Shown in pieces: positions 24,357 through 36,623 of a stretch of 64,000 nucleotides of DNA. Under the pieces are notes generated by a model. It ran no database searches. It saw only the letters and a program-made list of their open reading frames with translations, and had not been told where the DNA came from. Every line of letters starts with the position of its first letter. Position 1 is the first letter of the stretch. The stretch is from Fistulifera solaris (Eukaryota), in assembly GCA_030295235.1 (NCBI GenBank), contig AP026162.1, forward strand, positions 1,674,001-1,738,000. Reading direction: 5' to 3'. Made by a program: the position numbers and the translations under genes.

Positions 24357-25399
24357 CCACATAAAATAAAGAAATCATAATAAAAGATAATTGAATAAGT
24401 CAATGTTTTGAGGAAGGGACCGGGAGCCGGGAGATGTGGCCGCAGCTTTGTTATCCGCCCCAAGGATCGGTTCCGCGGTTGCGATGTGATCATTAATGTT
24501 CATTCGATGCATTCACTCCTTTGTAATGTTAACGCTGTTTTTCAATACGACCGACTAAAATGAACTGAGTGATGTTCTTCGGTCGATCAGATGCTGCTCA
24601 AACGCGTTGCTTCATGAAACAAAACCCGCAGAAAAGACACGAATCCCCATGTAGATCATACAGCTAACGACACGACTTTAAAGGGCGAACATTAATTACA
24701 GCACAATGCAACCAATACGCTAGTCGAATTGAGAAAGGCTGGGAATCACAGAACGAACTGTCTTCTATCAAAAATTTCATTGACCCTGTTCGATCTTGAC
24801 GGCGATTGGCTTCGCTTGATCGCGGTCGTCAGCTTTGCGGTACGTGCTACGAAGGGAGCTTCACGGCTTGGAGGTTTGTGTCTAGATTCGAAGAGGCGAG
24901 GCATATTGTGTTAGCTGCGGAGGGATAGCCGAATGTAAAGAGCAGGTTTGGGGGAGAAATTTTTATCAGCAAAGCGTTTCTTGATCCGAACCCTGGCGTG
25001 ATGTTGACCGGTGCTTACTGGACTTCGATCTTGAGCGCCAAAGTAATTACATACCTCTGTTGTGTCCGTTGATGAGTAGATCGTCACCTGTCTCATCAAC
25101 GCTTTCAATCTCACCAAGGTATCGATTTTCTTCCCGAGATTTACTTCGGCAAACGCTTACGAGACAGAAAGATATTCCAAGGCTGATCCTATGGTATTCC
25201 AAAGTTTGCAGACACAGACTTTCTTTTCTGCTCGTTCTGGCTTTAACTCCATGTACTAGGCATTTTTCTCGCGGTGGAGTAGGCGATCGAGATTTTTCAG
25301 TGGCATATCAATTGCTGAATTCAGATGCTGATCCTTCTTCGTCTTCGACCGCTTAGGCGGCGCTCGCAAAGAGGGTTTTGCTTCAGGTGCACTAAGTGG

Positions 25400-25850
25400 C
25401 AATGGCATTTCGCGCTCAACAAGACACAGCAATGATTAATGTAGATCTCCCAAATATTTTATGTCGTGGCGGTGAGTGGGACGGCAGCTTCACGGGCAGT
25501 CACGCCTATTCCGGCTCCCGAAGTGGTCGTACAACACGTATGTCAAGCTATGGCGACCGCGGCTCTGACCCCAGTACCCGGTGTTCCTAACTTGCAATCA
25601 GCTCGACTGGTATTACCCGCTACTGGTGGTGAAACGTGCATTGCGAAAGCACTGGTAGCTCGTACGGAGGCTCTCTTGGCGGAAATGAATGTGCCGTCTA
25701 CTGTGATTGCAACGAAACGGGCGTGTGATTTGATGGATACGGTCCGTCGAGACGCATTGACGTGGCTGTTGTTGGAGAAACAAGTGATCCAAAGAGAAGG
25801 TGTGCTGCGTGCTCGACGACTCAAACTGGCCAAAATGGGCGGTAATATTG
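25400..25850 (+). pseudogene. Fragment resembling the SWC4/DMAP1 C-terminal region
   Basis: NLQSARL...LLAEMNVPSTVIATKRACDLMDTVRRDALTWLLLEKQV. No intact N-terminus; upstream stops. Confidence 0.45.
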
Positions 25851-25909
25851 GCATATGGACTGTAGAGTTGCGCGATGAAGCAAAATGAAGCCTTTCGTCC
25901 GATTTTGCC

Positions 25910-27152
25910 TTACAATCTAGACGGCGGTTCTTCTGCTTCGGCTTTATATTCGAAAGGGGAATTGCACGTCTTGCATACAGCGCGATCCAACCACAACCCG
26001 AAATTGCGCTCCGCTTCCGTTATGGCTCCCTGGTAGGCCGCCTCGACCTTTGCATGATTTGCATCGCGGCTGGATTCGAGTAATTCGACAGTCGATTCCA
26101 GTAATTCTTGACGTTCCGCTTCCAGCATCTCACAGCGCTGATATAAATTTCTCACGAAAGCCGGCAACTGTTCCCAAGTTATTGAATCGCTTTGTGGTGG
26201 GAAGACGTTCGGATCGGTTTCGACGGCATTCGCTCCGATTAGTGCGAGGGAATCGTTTCGGTCCTCCGTGAAACGTGATTTTGTCTTTCCATTGTCGGCC
26301 TTCAGTATCAATTGAACATTTTCTGTTTGCAGATCTAATATTTGGTCCATGTAGGCATCTGCTTGATCATTTAGTATTTCCACCTCCCTCTCGGCGCGTA
26401 TTCTTTTCTTGATTTCGATGTCAAGTTGCTTTTGAAGAGAAGATTCGACAAAAGACTTTCTGTTAGATTGTTTGGCATTGGCTTGCTTTGAACTGCACTC
26501 GCATTGATTCTGGCGGTAAAGATATTTCGGCCAAAGACTTTCTTGTGGCTGTCAGTGTATCCTTGAGAGCAGCACTTGCTTGTCGCCACTCTCCGAGCGC
26601 AAGCTTGACACTCGATTGACGCACATCATTATTTGAAAAATGAGCATGATCGTCCTCGGCTTGGTTACTTGATAAGCTGTTGATGGCTTTTCGAGTACAG
26701 TGGACTTCATCTTTCAACTCATAAATTGTTTCGAGCAACTCCGTGTTCAAACTGTCGATTGCGGTCAATTCTTGTTGCCGAGAAAAAGCGACACTTTTCT
26801 CGACGGGTATTAAGGTCAGCACATTCTCAACTTTGCATGGCTTTTCCTCCAGGTCGTAATTCCTCTGCGATTCGTGCATTTGCTTCGATAGTTCGTCCGT
26901 GTCATTGGTGATTGCATTTGGATACCCAGCGATGCATTCTATCTCTTCAGGCCGATCAATGAACTTAGAGCGCGCTTCGCGCAAAAGATCAATAAAACAA
27001 GTTAACTCATCAGCAACAAGGTCCTTATCTTCCTCGCCCTCAAAAGTCGCGCTTTCCAGGGCACGAGTAATTTCCGTTCGGACGCCCTTCAAAAATTGTT
27101 GCAACGTGCCCGCTGTTGCCGACATTCTTGCTTCTAGTAGACTCCCTTTCAT
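25910..27152 (-). CDS. Hypothetical coiled-coil protein (one or more frameshifts ~26380-26470)
   Basis: The 229-aa and 157-aa ORFs are E/L/K-rich with heptad character and lie colinear on the same strand. Confidence 0.6.
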
Positions 27153-27225
27153 TCAACCAGGTATAGGAGGTAATATATCAAAGGACCAACATCTATGGTG
27201 CATGAAATGCTTTATGAAAGCACCT

Positions 27226-27468
27226 CACGCCCAAATTTCTGGGCACGTGAAAACACAGACGACTCCCCCACATTTTCTGGAGACGTGCATGAAAAACCAC
27301 ACGTCCACGCACTCTTTGGACACACTTGCAAAAAGCACACCCCCATATTTTCTGGAGACGTGCAAAAGCACACACCCACATTTTCTGGACACGTGCAAAA
27401 AGCACTCACCCACATTTTCTGGACACGTGCAAAAAGCACACACCCTCATTTTCTGGAGACGTGAAAAA
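27226..27468. repeat. Minisatellite, ~7 copies of ~33 bp (CACACCCACATTTTCTGGA(C/G)ACGTGCAAAAAG)
   Basis: Units start at ~27226, 27262, 27298, 27336, 27369, 27403 and 27436. Confidence 0.9.
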
Positions 27469-27547
27469 CAAATACACAAGTGGAAGGACATATCATTCTT
27501 TTGCCTGTTTTTACTGCGATCGAAGACCCGTGTCATTATCATTCTTG

Positions 27548-29297
27548 ATGGAAAGCAGACGTAGAAACAGCGAGATGCGTCGTCCTCCGGCCGAAAATGA
27601 GGCGCCGGAACAGGGTTCGTTCCTGACGCCGGTCATTTTATCGATTTTGGTTACCGAAACAGGTGAATCTCTATACTTGCATTGTTCAAAAACCGTTCCA
27701 CTGTTCTGACTTTATACATTTTACTAGGAGAACGCTTCGCATACTTTGGCTTTCGTGCCGTGTTGGTTTTGTATTTTAACCAAGCGCTCGAGTATGACGA
27801 AAGTCAGTCCGTGGCGAACTATGCTTTTGTGACGTCGTTGGCTTACTTCTCTCCCATTGCGGGAGCCGTCATGGCCGATGGACGTTGGGGACGGTACAAT
27901 ACGATTTTGTATTTTGGGATTATTTACATTTTGGGTCTCGCCATTTTGACGGCTGCTTCCGTGTTACACGATCTTTCTTTAAAGCGACTTATTTCATTCG
28001 TGGGCTTGTTCTTTGTTTGTCTGGGTACTGGAGGGATCAAACCATGCGTATCTTCTTTTGGAGCCGATCAAGTAGGGCATGACCCCAATGTGCAATGTGA
28101 TGATGGTACTAAGGATAGCGTGAGGCAAGTCGAATCGTCCGTTCGGACAGCTCAAGTGCAAGGCTTCTTTGCCTACTTTTACTTTTGCATCAATCTCGGA
28201 GCATTGACCAGCATATCCACCATTCCTCTATTACGAGCTCATTATGGTTTCCGTGCCGCTTTCTTCACGCCGCTGGTGTTCATGATACTCGCAATGACAT
28301 TGTTTGTGTCAAAACGCAAGGAATATGTTCATCACCTCCCAGAAAAAGTTGGGTCCTCGCTCCTCACGACTTGCCGCTACACGTTTTGGCTTTTTCGTCG
28401 AAATCTTGTACATTCGTATCCTTCTCTGGCGTCCCGTTTACCGTTCTTGGCGCCAGGATCATTGTCCGATTACCGTGTGCTGCAGAACTCTCTAGACGAT
28501 GACACCCAGGCGACTCCGGAAAACGAAGTGACTGTTGATGACGATGGTTCATCGGAACAACAGCTTGAGGACGCAGCTCAAGCCTTACATGTCTTACCTA
28601 TTATGATGATGCTCCCTATCTTTTGGGCTCTGTATGATCAGCAAAGCTCTGTGTGGACGTTGCAGGCTCAGAGGATGAAGCTGCATGGTCTGCAACCGGA
28701 GCAGCTCAATATCATTAATCCAATGCAAATCATGGTATTCATCCCACTTTTGACAAGGTCATCTATCCAGCGCTAAGACAACGTCACGTGAATATTGAAC
28801 CGCTGCGGCGTATGTCATGGGGAATGTTGCTGGCGGCGGCCTCTTTCGTGATCAGCGGATTGGTGGAAAATGCGATACAAAACGCGCCTCCCAATTCGGT
28901 GGATGTGTTCTGGCAATTGCCCCAAATCACAGTTTTAGCAATCGCTGAAATATTTCTTAGTGTCACAGGGTTGGAGTTTGCATACGCGACGTCACCAGAA
29001 CGCTTGAAAACGTTCCTCATGGGTGTTTTTCTCCTCACGACAGCAGTGGGCGACATGTTCAGTGGCGTTTTGTATTCGACCATTTTTGCCCATCTGAACC
29101 AAGCCGTTGTCTTGTATATTTGCGCTGCTTTGATGCTGGGAAATCTTGCTTTGTTTCAGAAGGTGGTGTTGTGGTACAATCGGTGTGATTTTCTCTCTTT
29201 ACGACAGTCATCGGACGACATCGAGATCCAAGCGTTAAAGAGTTCAGCCATCCGCGACGCTACATCTTTACGAAATTGCGACGTTAAAATTACATGA
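27548..29297 (+). CDS. POT/PTR family proton-dependent oligopeptide transporter (intron 27663-27727; frameshift ~28750)
   Basis: ETGERFAYFG (ExxERF motif across the intron), GTGGIKPCVSSFGADQ, FYFCINLG, FWALYDQQSSVWTLQA, EIFLSVTGLEFAY. Confidence 0.92.
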
Positions 29298-29419
29298 AAG
29301 AAACGTGACGCATCATTTTTGAACATCTATTCATAGCAAATGACGAACTTTCAATACTCGATAAGTAATGCTTAGCAGCTTGCGATCTGGTCTAGGCAAA
29401 TTTTTTAATTTTTTTACTC

Positions 29420-32400
29420 CTATAAGGACTTCAGTGACGCCAGTACAGGCTGTCGGGAACAAATCTTCTTTGCCTTTGAAACGAGGACTTTTATTTCCGA
29501 GCAGGGGACTAAGTAACACCGTTGTTTTTCAAATGGGTCCGCTCTGCTGAGGATCCCGATCACTCGACCTTCGTCGTTGACGCATGGTCCTCCCGAGTGT
29601 CCCTGAATAGTCGGACAGATGATGACAATTTCCTCGCGTGGCGAGAAAGAGTTATGACTGGTCGAATCATCGTCTGAGCTACTATCATCATCCTGCGGAG
29701 GGGAGACGAAACGTCGGACTATGTAACCCTTCGCAAAATCAGCAGAGCGGTTAATGTGCTTTCCTTTTCAAGAATACCGTCGCCCCCTTGATTGAATCCA
29801 ACAACTCTGACACTTTCTTCAAGCTCATATTTCGTAGTCATTTTGAGGGGTTTCAGGTCTTCTTCTAGCATCATGTCCATTGCAATAATACGCTCCGGTT
29901 GATAGGCGCAGCCCTCCCCTTCGTTGTCAACATCGTTTTCCATTCGTGTCTTGATACGGACAACGCATGCGTCAACATAATGTATGTCATCAGCGATTAA
30001 TTCTCCGAAATATCTCCACAAAGCTTTGTGCTCATTTTCGTTTCGGTTGCTATCGCTGCCGTCACTCTTCTCTGGAATAACACCAATCACCACTTTGGCA
30101 TCAGGGAGTCCAAAATAAGGGACTCCGAAATTGTTGCCTCCTTCCATGTTAAAAAGCACATGGCCAGCTGTCACGATTAAACCCAGCTTTTTGTCGACGA
30201 CGAAACCAGAACCAACGGTGCGAATTCGCTTTGTATTCGAATCCCACAAACCAACCAGGACGACACTCGGTAAAATTTCATCCACAGGTTTAGAGCCTTT
30301 TAGCGGATTCGTCGCCTCGTGAACAGGAGCATCCTTGCGATCGGCGACAGTGCCGCAAATGAGATTCGAATCTAGTCTATGCCCTCGCATGCAGCGAACT
30401 ACCGAGCTTCCGCTTTGTGCAAGAGCGTAAACACTATCCCAACTCCACGTACTAGCACTTAAAGGATTCGAACGAGCGAGACATTCAGGGCAGACAGCTT
30501 GAAAGTCCACATTCGCGTACGAATCAAGAATTTGACGCACAGCGTCGAGAACAACCTTGTAGCCACCTTTCGAACACACGAGATGCTTTTGAGTCTAGCA
30601 GTCAAGTCAATGCGTGAAATTCAAATGAAAGGTACTTACCTTGCCAGAGCTTTAAACCATGATGCCCGACTTGGCCCTTGCCGCTGACGACCACTCGTTG
30701 CATACTTGCCCGCATTGCGTCAGCAGCTACGCAATGACCGGCTGTCTGATCCACGATGGAAACAAATATTTCAACAAAGCTTTCACGCATTTCTCCACTT
30801 TCATGGTCGGCAAACACCGTTCCCATTTTGACTATTAATGATGAATTCCAGCATGCTACTTGATGAATACGGACTCTCCCAAGCGCTTGATCATCGTGCT
30901 CTTCCAAGAACTCGTTCATGGATGCCTTTCGTAAGGGTACCGTATGAGATCGCAGCATCGGCTCACCTAGTACCGGGGCTGCCTTGAATGCCTTAGAAAA
31001 TTTGTACACTTCACTAAGAACGGTGACTGTTAGATCCTCCATCAAATGTGATGGAGCACCGTCTCGAAAAAAGCCAGGAATGGCAGAGCGTTGTCATCCA
31101 TGCTTCTTTTGTTTTATAAGTCCACACCTCTCGAGGGTCGGCTTGTGCGAGCAAGCTAGGGACAAAGAATATCTCATCCTTACTGTCCAAAGAAGATGAT
31201 GACTGCGAGAAGGTACCGACGTTAAGACACACGATGTCGTACTGATTACTTTGATGTCAGGCACTTACGACATTGAGAGGAAGAAACACCCCAGTATGAA
31301 CCAATAACTGAGCCAAAAAGGCGAACATTGTAGGCGTTGAAGTAGACGTTTCTGCAACTTGAGAATAGTGATCGGCTGCCTCCCTCATGAAGCTCATCGA
31401 TTGCCAAAGCATTTCAGCATCTTTGTCGCTCAACAAAGGGCAATTGTGTGAGCCAGCGCTCAGAGTTCGAATGACTTCGCTCTCCGAAAATTTGTATGGG
31501 CTATAAATGCATTGTAAGTTCATAAATCGTCGAGTCTCTTCCAGCTCTCTTTTCAGATCATTTCTCAAAATGCAACTCAACGCCGAAACGAGCCATTTGC
31601 GACTTAGTACAATATACCGAGAAAGCACATCGTCCCCCGCTGACCCAAAATACAGAATTTCTCCAATATTTGATAAAAATTGCAAAGTCTCAGTAACTTC
31701 CTTCAATTCCATTTTGTCGCCAATTTCACCTAGTAGATAATCCAATAGTATCAATTTATGTCCTTCCTTAAACCGACGAATGAGTTCCATGACCATCACC
31801 GTGCCCTTCGATACTGGAGTGCCAACATGGTCAAAAACTGAACGAGAATCATCGGATGCTATTGCCTGAATCGTATCTTGTAAACGATCGAACCCTTCAC
31901 CGGTGGCATAGTCTACGGTAAGAATATCACTTGCGGCACTTGAAATCAACTTAGGAGCTGCGCCTTTGCTTTCCAATCTATAAACATGCTCCACCAACGA
32001 GTTTTTCAGCATACCACACCGTCTCGTAACCTCCTCTTCGGACATAATCTCATTCGGCGTGATGACTACAGGAAGCACAGCAGAATTGTCTCCTCGTTGC
32101 GCAATCATGTCAATCCAAGGAAGAACACGTTGATTGATGTCAGCCAGTAAGAAGCGATCAGCTTTCCGGTTGGCTTCTTCAAGATGAAAGGCATTTGGCA
32201 ATGCATCGGTGCCGCCCGCGTCGCCAGTCTCTTCTTCGTCTTCATTTTCTTCGTCAACATCGTCTGGTTCCCAGCCAGGAGGTATTCGAAAGGTCCTTCG
32301 ATTCATGCAAGCCAAATCCCAAACCAGTAAATACAAGGATTGACCAGAGAAAAAGAGTGACTGGGTTGCTGGATGCGCCCCAAAATTGCTCATTTCTTCA

Positions 32401-34215
32401 CGAACCTCCGGGCTTTGGACATCCCAGATCATAAACTTGATAGGTATATCATCAGCCAGATGGATACTCTCATCCTTCTTGCACGGGGTCCAACTGTGAA
32501 CGTCAACCCCAAGAGTGGCTCTACGACGTGGTCGCTTCTGACTGCCGCGGAGCGATCGCGCCACCAAGATTTATCTACCCCGGGTGCAGCGACCGTGATC
32601 ACTTTCAGCATGTCATTGTACACGTGCAAATCCGCATTGCATGATCTGGAAAGGGGTACTGGACCCCCATCGGATTTCCCACGCGGAAGAATGCGTGCGG
32701 GCGGAAGATCAGCGGAATCCAAGTCGACTGTGGTTTCTTGCGCCGCTCGCATTAACATTGCTTCCACATCCGGTGTATCGCCTTTGTCAACTTTGTAGTC
32801 AGCATCACGAGGAAGTGCACTGGCGATCATCGAGCCGTCGTCTTTTTCCAGTATGGGTGATCTTCTGTGTCGATGACAGCAGCAACATCTGCAGCCAATA
32901 CTCCTGCCTCGAGTACTGAGTCCATTATTTGATCTTCGGTCCCCACATAATTTGCCATCACGGAATTGGATCCAACCCTTCTATGTCTATGGATTGAACC
33001 TTGTAAACTGGATCCGGGAGAAGCGGCTACAGACAAAAGTGGATGATCATTCAATGAAGCCGCAGAAAGTGCGGCAGTGGGCGGTGACAATGGATCTTCG
33101 TATCGAGCCGCCGAAAAGTAGCCAGTACGATTTGATGGACCAAATGAAGATTCGAGTCCTGTAACGGCGTTAAATTGATTAGCAGGGGGAATGAAATCTT
33201 CCGGTTCAGATTGTTGTGACCTTCGAAACTGCTGATCGTCGCTATGATTCGAAGTGGAAGCTGTGTCGTCAGATCTACCCCAAGAAAAGATCGACTTCTT
33301 TTTCCCACGCTTCTTTTGCTGTTTGTTTTCTTTTCGATTGGGAGATGCCGGCAGCGGCAGATTGGCTTCTGTCGGCGATACAGTCTGCACCGGCGCTTCG
33401 TCGGAAAGAGCGGATGGTTCCGGCTCCATAACTTCAGTAGATCCACCACTTTCATTTCGCGATGAGCCACGAACGCCTCTTTTAAGAAATTTCGAAAGAC
33501 GCCTCACACCTTTCTTAACTCGATTGGGAGCCTGCGTCGCGGTTTGACACTTGCGTTGTTGCGCTTCTCTAAGTCGTTCCTGGATGATATCGCCGGGATG
33601 ATGTTCGTGTCGGGGTAACTCGACTAGATCCCCATCCACCACGTAGTATTCCACTCCACCGACACCTATATCTTGTACACTACGCATACTGGTAGCAAGC
33701 GTCGGTTCTGAATGTATATTGTGAAAATTCCTGATTTGCTCAAAGTTTCGGAGACCGTCTCCTTCACTGCGTATCGAAAGCTGAAACGTTTCTTCATCCT
33801 GATGCGCGCTAGCCAGGCGGCGTTGTTCACCGGGGACCAAAGGCGAGGATACCGCCAGCGAAAATTGATCAATCCCTGTTCGCACCAAGTCTCTCACAAA
33901 CGTAGCCACCGGATAAGCATAATTTCCCGAACTCGCTCGACGACCGTCATCGGAAATGGCTACCACAGGCACAACTGGAGGAGGAAGCTCGTCAAACTCT
34001 CTTCTTAACATTTCTGAGCTCTGGCTATTTAAGCTTCCCATATTTTGCCAGTCTCTCAACAGCGTGGAGGACGTGTGGCTGTTCAAGCCACTATTGTTGT
34101 TTGCGGCATTCGTCGCCAGGCTTTGATTTCTGTTGGCGTCCGCGGAAGCCCCTTCCGTTCCCGAAACAGCCGGAAACAGTGTATTTGTCTGTTCGTTCCG
34201 GTTTGGAGTAGTCAT
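29420..34215 (-). CDS. Roco-like protein: disordered N-terminus, degenerate ROC, COR, C-terminal trypsin-like serine protease (2 introns, ~4 frameshifts)
   Basis: LKVITVAAPGVDKS, ATLGVDVHSW, KFMIWDVQ, HPATQSLFFSGQSLYLLVWDL, LQFLSNIGEILYF, FFVPSLL, CPEC..CMRGH, then GSGFVVD, IVTAGHV, VDACVV, QGHSGGPC. Introns ~30567-30639 and ~31204-31268. Stop at 29420. Confidence 0.82.
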
Positions 34216-34551
34216 GCTTTTACGTATTGAATGAACGTTTCAGGTAAAAGTCGAAAGGAACGTCGCTGTATGGCTTCAATTGCGTTCATTCGGAACTCGG
34301 AACTGCGCTCGAAGACAAAAACTTCGTGTACGTTGTAATAAGGTTACGCGAGTTGGCTTGCGTGGAAGAACCATAAATCAACTCTATAGACTATAGTCGT
34401 ATGCAACGGATACAAAGTAGTATGAGTAAACTGTAGCGCGCAGGCGATCCGGCACCCGTTGAAAGTCACTTTTGTTTTTGCACCGCACACCGCCTTTTTT
34501 CTCTCTTACAATAACCGTATGTGCCATTGCAAACTCCGTAACGATAACAAC

Positions 34552-35831
34552 ATGCCTGAAGAATCGTCATCTTTGCCCTTTGCGTCTTATCACAGAGCCT
34601 CTCAAGTGGGAGCAGGATCGTACGGAAGCGTTTTGACAGTCTACAATGACGAAGGAGAACAATTTGCACTCAAGTTATTCTTCAAAGGCGACAATGACGA
34701 TGATGACGACGACGATGAAAGCGCGGTTCCTCTGGAATTAGGTACACTAAGAGAAATATCTTGCTTACGATTTCTTCGCGGACAAACAGAAGCATCACAT
34801 CATCCTCATATCATTCGTTTGGTGGATATTCAACCCGAGTGGTCGGAAGAGGAAGGAGGCGCGGGTACATCGGGATGTCTCGGCATGGCCATGCCGTGGT
34901 ACCCCTGTTCGCTCGCGAAAGCGATTGAGCAGAAAAAATTTCAGAACGACAAGCGCGTCAAAGTTCAAATAGCACACGATCTGTTGGCGGCAGTGGATTT
35001 CTTGCACAAAAATGGAATCATGCATCGTGACATTAAAAGCGACAATATTCTTCTGCAACAGGATGAAAATTCGTGGCGTGCGGTTCTCACCGATTTCAGT
35101 CTCGCCAAGGCATTTGTTAACGGAAAGGACAATTACGCGGGTCATACTGGAGAAGTCGGTACGTTAGTGTACTCAGCTCCTGAAATTCTGAATGATGAAG
35201 AGTACGATGCTTCGGTCGATTTGTGGAGCGTTGGCGTCGTCTTGATTGAACTATTGAAGCAGGAAACTATACCCGGACTCAAAGCAAAGCAGATTGTACC
35301 CCATATTCAAGCAATATTGAAAGGATTGTCTGATCAGCCGTTTCCTGATTTGATACGAAGCTTACTTAAGATGGATCCAGCCGAGCGGCTTACTGCGAAC
35401 GAGGCCTTACAGCACGAACTCTTTTCCAAGTTTCAGCTGGATGTTCCCAATTCTTCGAAATTGAATGTGAAAGATGTCTTACCATACGAATATACGAGCG
35501 ATTTATCCAAAAAGGCGAGGGAGAAACGTCTGGCCTTGATCAAAAAGGCGTGCGCGTATTTGGAATCCGAGTCACCCCTTACCGCAAAAGCGGCTTTGAA
35601 TACAGCACGCAACTCGATCAACTGGATGACAATGTGAACGAATCGCAAAGTTTACTAGACTGTGTTGTACTCGCGCATCGCTTCTTCGAGGTCGAACATC
35701 CTGATCTTGATGCGCTCGACGAGGAAGAAAAGGGTATCTTTGCCGAATGGTCGCTGTCAGAATACGTGGAAAATGAATCCACTTTGTTCATGCTGCTGGA
35801 TTATTGCTTGTATCCACGGTTCTACGTCTAG
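34552..35831 (+). CDS. CDK-like Ser/Thr kinase with a C-terminal cyclin-box-like domain (frameshift ~35596)
   Basis: GAGSYGSV, ALK, GTLREISCL, HPHIIRL, HRDIKSDNIL, DFSLAK, TGEVGTLVYSAPE, DLWSVG. The tail resembles the five cyclin-box helices. Confidence 0.8.
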
Positions 35832-36623
35832 AATAAATAGATCGATACTAGCAATAAACAATATCTAATGTTACATAAGGTGTTGTTTGTCAGTCGAATT
35901 GGTCGCAAAACGGAACACTAACGGGTGTGCTTGCGATCCGTCGACGAAAAGTCGAAACGAGAAATAAAAATGCTTTAAACCATAACCTGAAAAAACCGGG
36001 ACGATCACGTTAGAATTATTCGGTTGTGACAAAAGCAACCGATTGAGTAATCATGTTTTCGGGTACAGAATCAGGTCGCGTAGTATCGACACATTAGAAA
36101 TCCTCCGTCAGCAATTGGACATCATGATCTCGTCATCTTCTTTCTCTAGAGTATGAGCGGTGGTGCAAACGATAATAAACTCACATGACAAACGTAGTCG
36201 AGTCCTCATTATTCACGGACAGTGAATTAGATTCTGGCAGAAAAGCTAAACAGAAAAGACATGAGAAGTTGTTATACAGACGTCAAGGTCATCAATGTTT
36301 GGGAGTAGTAGAATCAGATAAACCCCTTCGTGTCTCAACACAATTTTCAGACAGCTCCAATAGTTAAAAGTGGTTTCATCATTTTCGTGGACTCAGGTGT
36401 GGTTTGCAGTCGAAGCAGAACTTACCATACATTGAGTTAATAGTAATAAGCGACTTAAGCGCACTCCCCCGAACCAATTGAAATCCATCATTGCGCACAT
36501 GGAATGCGATAATCAATAAAGTTCATAAACCGTAGTAATTTGAGCTTCCTTTTTGTAATCATCGGATGCGATCGTTGGGAAATTGGAACGAGGACAACAA
36601 ATTCATCTTACCTTCGTCTGTAA

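Larger units (their letters stand above)
22876..24500. repeat. Left copy of ~1.6-kb inverted duplication (partner 54490-56059)
   Basis: Colinear reverse-complement similarity covering the PDZ 3' end, the GPN fragment, the foldback and CGGGAGCCGGGAGATG. Confidence 0.9.

Noticed and set aside
27193..27564. Repetitive His/Cys-rich ORFs
   Set aside because: They are translations of the 33-bp minisatellite in several frames and on both strands, with no coding evidence.
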